From contig JBKQPR010000214.1 in assembly GCA_052144935.1 (NCBI GenBank), positions 5,731 to 69,730 on the forward strand: DNA of 64,000 nt, written 5' to 3'. Below are positions 59,830 to 64,000 of this stretch, piece by piece. Both the position numbers and the translations under genes were made by a program. Under the pieces are notes generated by a model, which ran no database searches, had not been told where the DNA came from, and saw only the letters and a program-made list of their open reading frames with translations. Source of the stretch: Bryobacteraceae bacterium. GTDB taxonomy: Bacteria; Acidobacteriota; Terriglobia; Bryobacterales; Bryobacteraceae. Each line of letters opens with the position of its first letter. Position 1 is the stretch's first letter.

Positions 59830-61725
59830 ATGTGCGGTATCGCGGGTTTCTTTTTCAACAACCGTAGTGCGCCGGCCGGATTGGTCAAGGCCATGTGCGA
59901 CGAAATCCGCCATCGCGGCCCCGACGATGAGGGCTTCCACGTGGATGGCGGCTGCGCGATCGGCATGCGGCGCTTGAGCATTATCGATCTGAACACCGGC
60001 CATCAGCCGATTGCCAACGAAGACCGCTCCGTGTGGATCGTCTTCAATGGGGAGATCTACAGTTATCGCGAATTGCGTGAGGATCTGGAGCGGCGCGGCC
60101 ACCGTTTTCAGACCCACACCGATACCGAGACGATCGTCCATCTTTACGAGGAATATGAGACCGAGGCTCTGGCCCGCCTCCGAGGCATGTTTGCCTTGGC
60201 TATTTGGGATGCACGGCGGGGCCGCCTCCTGCTGGCGCGGGACCGCTTCGGGAAAAAGCCGCTCTATTACGCGATCCGCCCCGAAGGCCTGTATTTCGGC
60301 AGTGAGCTATCCTGCTTTCAGCAAACCGGCATCCCGCTCGATCCGGACCCGGAAGCCTTGCGGCTCTATTTTCAGTTCAATTACATCCCCGACCCCTACA
60401 GCGCCTACCAGGCAGTGCGCAAGCTGCCGGCGGGATCGTGGCTGGCTTACGATCGCAACGGAAGCGTGTCCGCGGGCCGGTACTGGCGCCCGCCGGTTCC
60501 GGGCGTCCGGAGCACGGGAACCCACTCCGAAGCCGACACCGCGGCACAAATCCGCCGGAAATTCGACGAATCCGTGCGCATCCGGATGATTGCCGACGTG
60601 CCGCTAGGCGCGTTCTTGAGCGGCGGCATCGATTCGAGTTCGGTGGTGGCTTCGATGGCGCTGCAATCGCCGGAGCCGATCCGCACCTTTTCCATAGGGT
60701 TCGAAGAAAGCGCCTTCAACGAGCTTCCCTTTGCCGCCCTGGTGGCACAAAAATACCACACCGACCACCATGAAATCGTGGTGCGGCCCGATTCGCTGAG
60801 CCTGGTTCAAAAACTGGTGGACCATTTCGGCGAGCCGTTTGGCGACTCTTCGGCCATCCCCACCTACATCGTCTCCGAGTTTGCCGCCCGCTTTGTAAAG
60901 GTGGCGTTGAGCGGCGATGGCGGCGACGAGCTTTTTGGTGGGTATGAGAGTTTCCTGGCGGTGAGCAAGTGGGGGCGGCTCGACCGCATCCCGCTGTTCG
61001 TACGGCGCTTCCTGGACCACGTTGCGGGTTGGCTGCCGTATTCGGCATATGGCAAGAACTACCTGCGCATGATCAGCCGCGCCTCGGCCCTGGAGCGCTA
61101 CTTCGAGTTCAATTATGCCCCATACTTCCTGCGCTCGCGCCTGCTGGAGCCGGAATGGATGTTGCCCGCCGAGGCGGGCTTCCTCCGGAGTACCTTCACC
61201 GAGTGTCTGTTGCCGGAGGATGCGGACATCCTGTCGCAAGCCATGTACTTTGAAAGCACCGCCAATCTGACCGGCGACATGCTGGTGAAGGTAGACCGTA
61301 TGTCGATGGCCAATTCGCTGGAAGTGCGCTGCCCGTTGCTGGACCACGAGCTGGCGGCGCTGGCCGCGGCCGTGCCGCACAGTTGGAAGATCGCCGCCGG
61401 CCGCGGCAAGCGCATTCTTTTGACGGCCCTCGGCGACCGCCTCCCCGCAGAGTTGCTGTCGCGGGGCAAGATGGGCTTCGGCGTTCCCCTGGCGGCGTGG
61501 TTCCGGAACGAACTGCGCGATATGCTCTGGGACCACCTCACATCCGCGCGCTTCGTGGGACGAGGCATCGCCGCGCAACCCTTTGTCCGCCAACTGCTCG
61601 AAGAGCACCAAACCGGCCGCCGCGACAACAACCAATGGCTATGGTCGCTCTTGATGCTGGAATTGTGGTTTCGAAAAGCGGAGCGCCCGGCCCCGGCGCT
61701 GGTGTCCAATTCACCGCAGAAATAG
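59830..61725 (+). CDS. asnB: Asparagine synthase (glutamine-hydrolysing) family amidotransferase
   Basis: The internal ATG at 59830 gives MCGIAGFF (Ntn Cys2), and SGGIDSS is the PP-loop. Confidence 0.9.
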   Translation: MCGIAGFFFNNRSAPAGLVKAMCDEIRHRGPDDEGFHVDGGCAIGMRRLSIIDLNTGHQPIANEDRSVWIVFNGEIYSYRELREDLERRGHRFQTHTDTETIVHLYEEYETEALARLRGMFALAIWDARRGRLLLARDRFGKKPLYYAIRPEGLYFGSELSCFQQTGIPLDPDPEALRLYFQFNYIPDPYSAYQAVRKLPAGSWLAYDRNGSVSAGRYWRPPVPGVRSTGTHSEADTAAQIRRKFDESVRIRMIADVPLGAFLSGGIDSSSVVASMALQSPEPIRTFSIGFEESAFNELPFAALVAQKYHTDHHEIVVRPDSLSLVQKLVDHFGEPFGDSSAIPTYIVSEFAARFVKVALSGDGGDELFGGYESFLAVSKWGRLDRIPLFVRRFLDHVAGWLPYSAYGKNYLRMISRASALERYFEFNYAPYFLRSRLLEPEWMLPAEAGFLRSTFTECLLPEDADILSQAMYFESTANLTGDMLVKVDRMSMANSLEVRCPLLDHELAALAAAVPHSWKIAAGRGKRILLTALGDRLPAELLSRGKMGFGVPLAAWFRNELRDMLWDHLTSARFVGRGIAAQPFVRQLLEEHQTGRRDNNQWLWSLLMLELWFRKAERPAPALVSNSPQK

Positions 61726-61892
61726 AAGCGCAAACCGCCCCCTGCGAGCATGGCTTCCTTACCCTCCGCTTCCCGGCGCCTTCCGCGCCTCCCCTTGAAC
61801 CCGGCCGGGTCGGCTTGACAATTTCCGAAGGCCCTTGTCAGACTTTGAGTACTGCCCGGCACGCCGACGGCCGGCATCAGGAGCATAAAGGA

Positions 61893-63209
61893 TTGAATTT
61901 TCTACGAGCGTTCACGTTGTTCTGGCTGGCTATGCCGCTGTCCGGCCAGTACGCCGGGCCGGCCATCCTCAGCCGCGGAGAAGCTCCCGCGGCCCTTGCG
62001 GGATCTCAGATCGACTTCCGGCCCTATGTAGATATTACCAGCTCGTATAGCACCGGCCTCGCTGGAGTTATGGTGACTAATACCGGGCAGTTGCCGAATA
62101 CGACCGGTTACGGCGCCACCCTCAGCGCCGGCATCAGCGGCATACATCGATGGCGCCATACCAGATTGGCCTTGGACTACAGGGGACAGGTGTACTATTA
62201 TAGGCCGGCGACCACCTACAGCAACTGGAACCAGAGCCTGATGATCGGCATTACGCATCAGTTCACGCGCCACACGCTGCTGACTCTGCGGGAAAGCGCT
62301 GGACTATATTCGCTCAACACCGGACTGCCGGCACTCACCACTACGGCGCCTTTCGATCCGACTACCGCCTACATTCCCAATACGAATTTCTTCGATAACC
62401 GGACCATCTATTTGAGCTCGCAAGCGGATTTCACTTTGCAGAAATCCGCCCGGCTGTCCTTCGACTTCGGCGGGGATTTCTTCCTGGACCGCCTGAGTTC
62501 CACGGCTCTTTATGGCATCACCGGCGAATCCGCGCGCGGCGATGTGCAATACCGGCTTACGCGGAACTCCACCATTGGCTTCGACTACGGTTATATTCAT
62601 TACGGCTATCACAATATTTTCAGCAGCGCCGACATCCACACCTTCAATGGGACCTACGCCATACGGCTGACGCGGCGTCTGGAGTTCAGCGGTTATGCGG
62701 GCGTCGCGCGCGTGGAAAGTAAGTTCGTGCAGAGCGTTCCGGTGGACCCGATCATTACGGAATTATTCGGTATTACATCCACTACCGCGGTGATTTACGC
62801 GCTGAACTATCTCCCCAATATTAACGCTCGTCTCTCTCAATCCTTCCGTAAGGGCGTGCTGTACGTTGGAGGGGGCCATACAGTCACACCCGGCAACGGG
62901 TTGTTTCTGACCAGCTACGTGACAAGGTTTACCGCCGGGTATAGCTATACCGGCATCCGCCGCTGGAGTTTTTCAGCGCAAGGGGAATACGATAGAGGAG
63001 ATTCCATCTCCAACGTCACCGGGATTTACGGGGATTACGGCGGAGGCATATCGGTTTCGCGCCAGTTGGCGCGTTTCTTCCATGTAGTGTTCAGTGCTTC
63101 AGAAATTAGGTATGACAGCCCCAATTTTTCGCAGTACAACCGCTCCTTCGTCAACCTGAACGCGGGTTTTGGTTTTTCGCCTGGCGATGTGCCCGTGCGG
63201 GTCTGGTAA
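61893..63209 (+). CDS. Putative outer-membrane beta-barrel protein
   Basis: A TTG at 61893, 9 nt after AGGAG, gives a signal-peptide-like N-terminus (NFLRAFTLFWLAMPLSGQ). The sequence has alternating aromatic/polar strands, many Y/G/T/N residues, and an aromatic near the C-terminus (VRVW). Confidence 0.55.
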   Translation: MNFLRAFTLFWLAMPLSGQYAGPAILSRGEAPAALAGSQIDFRPYVDITSSYSTGLAGVMVTNTGQLPNTTGYGATLSAGISGIHRWRHTRLALDYRGQVYYYRPATTYSNWNQSLMIGITHQFTRHTLLTLRESAGLYSLNTGLPALTTTAPFDPTTAYIPNTNFFDNRTIYLSSQADFTLQKSARLSFDFGGDFFLDRLSSTALYGITGESARGDVQYRLTRNSTIGFDYGYIHYGYHNIFSSADIHTFNGTYAIRLTRRLEFSGYAGVARVESKFVQSVPVDPIITELFGITSTTAVIYALNYLPNINARLSQSFRKGVLYVGGGHTVTPGNGLFLTSYVTRFTAGYSYTGIRRWSFSAQGEYDRGDSISNVTGIYGDYGGGISVSRQLARFFHVVFSASEIRYDSPNFSQYNRSFVNLNAGFGFSPGDVPVRVW

Positions 63210-63228
63210 AACCGTCTACGGGACCGTC

Positions 63229-64000
63229 ATGCTTGCGGGACTCACATTAAGGCGGGGAGTGCGGGCCGTATTTCACAAGGCGGGCGGCCTGCGGGTAGCC
63301 CGCTGGGTGCACCGCAAGGGTCTGCGTATTCTCACGTATCACCGGTTTTCCGATCGCGCGGATCTGGAGAACCAGTGCCGCCACATTCGGGAATATTACT
63401 ATCCGGTGTCCCTGGCGCAGGTGGATTCGTGGCTCACATCCGGCGATCCGCCGCCCGACAATTCTATGGCCATCACGGTGGACGACGGATACCGCGATTT
63501 TCAGGAAGTGGCGTATCCGGTTTTCGCCGCGTGGCAAATTCCAGTCACCGTGTATCTGGTTTCCGATTTTCTGGATGGCAAGCTCTGGCTGTGGGTGGAC
63601 CAGGTGAAGTATGGATTTTTGCATTCGCCGCTCCGCCGGTTCCGCGCGGAACTTCCCGATGGAGAAGTGCTGGAGTTTCGGCTGGAGACGGCGGATCAAC
63701 GCCGTACGGCGGTGCGGGAGACTTGCGAGGCTTTTAAGCGCCAGCCCAATGAAATTCGGCTGGCCGCCCTGGCGGCCCTGCCGGAATGGTTGAAGATCGC
63801 CATTCCCGCCTCGCCGCCCGCCGAGGATGCGCCGCTGGCATGGGAGGATGTCCGGCAAATGGCCGCTGGGATCGCCACTTTCGGAGCGCACACCAGGACC
63901 CATCCGGTCCTCTCGCGCGTATCCGCGGAGGGCGAGTTACGTCATGAGATCGAAGGCTCGAAGCTCCGTATCGAAGAGGTGCTGGACCAGCCTGTGGATC
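63229..64000 (+). CDS. Polysaccharide deacetylase (NodB homology), 3' end outside window
   Basis: Absent from the ORF track because it has no stop within the window. Manual translation from the ATG at 63229 gives MLAGLTLRRG...ILTYHRF...AITVDDGYRDF...FGAHTRTHPVLS. The listed minus-strand ORF 63247..63903 is antisense to it. Confidence 0.75.
   Translation, partial: MLAGLTLRRGVRAVFHKAGGLRVARWVHRKGLRILTYHRFSDRADLENQCRHIREYYYPVSLAQVDSWLTSGDPPPDNSMAITVDDGYRDFQEVAYPVFAAWQIPVTVYLVSDFLDGKLWLWVDQVKYGFLHSPLRRFRAELPDGEVLEFRLETADQRRTAVRETCEAFKRQPNEIRLAALAALPEWLKIAIPASPPAEDAPLAWEDVRQMAAGIATFGAHTRTHPVLSRVSAEGELRHEIEGSKLRIEEVLDQPVD

Noticed and set aside
63247-63903. 218-aa minus-strand ORF at the end of the window.
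   Set aside because: It is antisense to a clear NodB-type deacetylase reading frame that is open to the window edge and therefore missing from the ORF track.

Overview
High-GC bacterial window. The gene families and toxin-antitoxin (TA) density suggest an Acidobacteria-like soil bacterium, but that is only a guess. All calls come from reading the ORF translations and the DNA by eye; no searches were run. Most of the window is a surface-polysaccharide/EPS biosynthesis region:
- Glycosyltransferases: four GT2 (two polyprenyl-phosphate type, one fused to GtrA), three GT4, one ArnT/PMT-like GT-C.
- Export and processing: Wzx flippase, heparinase II/III-like protein, AsnB-type amidotransferase, two NodB-type deacetylases, a putative outer-membrane beta-barrel.
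- Sugar-nucleotide genes: gmd, gmhA, gmhB-like, a WbpB/WbpE/WbpD-like dehydrogenase/aminotransferase/acyltransferase trio, two SDR epimerases.
- Modification enzymes: several methyltransferases, three membrane-anchored alkaline-phosphatase-superfamily (sulfatase-like) proteins, a radical SAM/SPASM enzyme, two two-domain GNAT-like proteins.

Accessory features are scattered through this region:
1. A plasmid-type replication module: ten phased 18-bp iterons, an AT-rich tract and a Rep-like initiator gene (6610-8631).
2. Seven type II TA loci. Four PIN/VapC toxins are intact. One VapC, one HEPN and one ParE toxin are decayed by frameshifts, deletions or stops while their antitoxins stay intact.
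3. Three small WDS-motif acyl carrier proteins. One sits in a translationally coupled FkbH-like/ACP/MBOAT/DltD-like operon that looks like a Dlt-type carrier-dependent envelope acylation pathway with a different loader. This is my best candidate for an undescribed system.
4. A membrane-anchored protein made of eleven 11-residue repeats, seven of which carry D-x-N-x-S sequons.
5. Two cassette-like insertions flanked by duplications of the 5' end of the gene they invaded.
6. An orphan tRNA 3' half, a (CTAG)5 microsatellite, several perfect palindromes and a short stretch of gene remnants.

I saw no rRNA, intact tRNA, CRISPR array, transposase or integrase. Many long antisense or alternate-frame ORFs in the track are typical high-GC shadow ORFs and were discarded.
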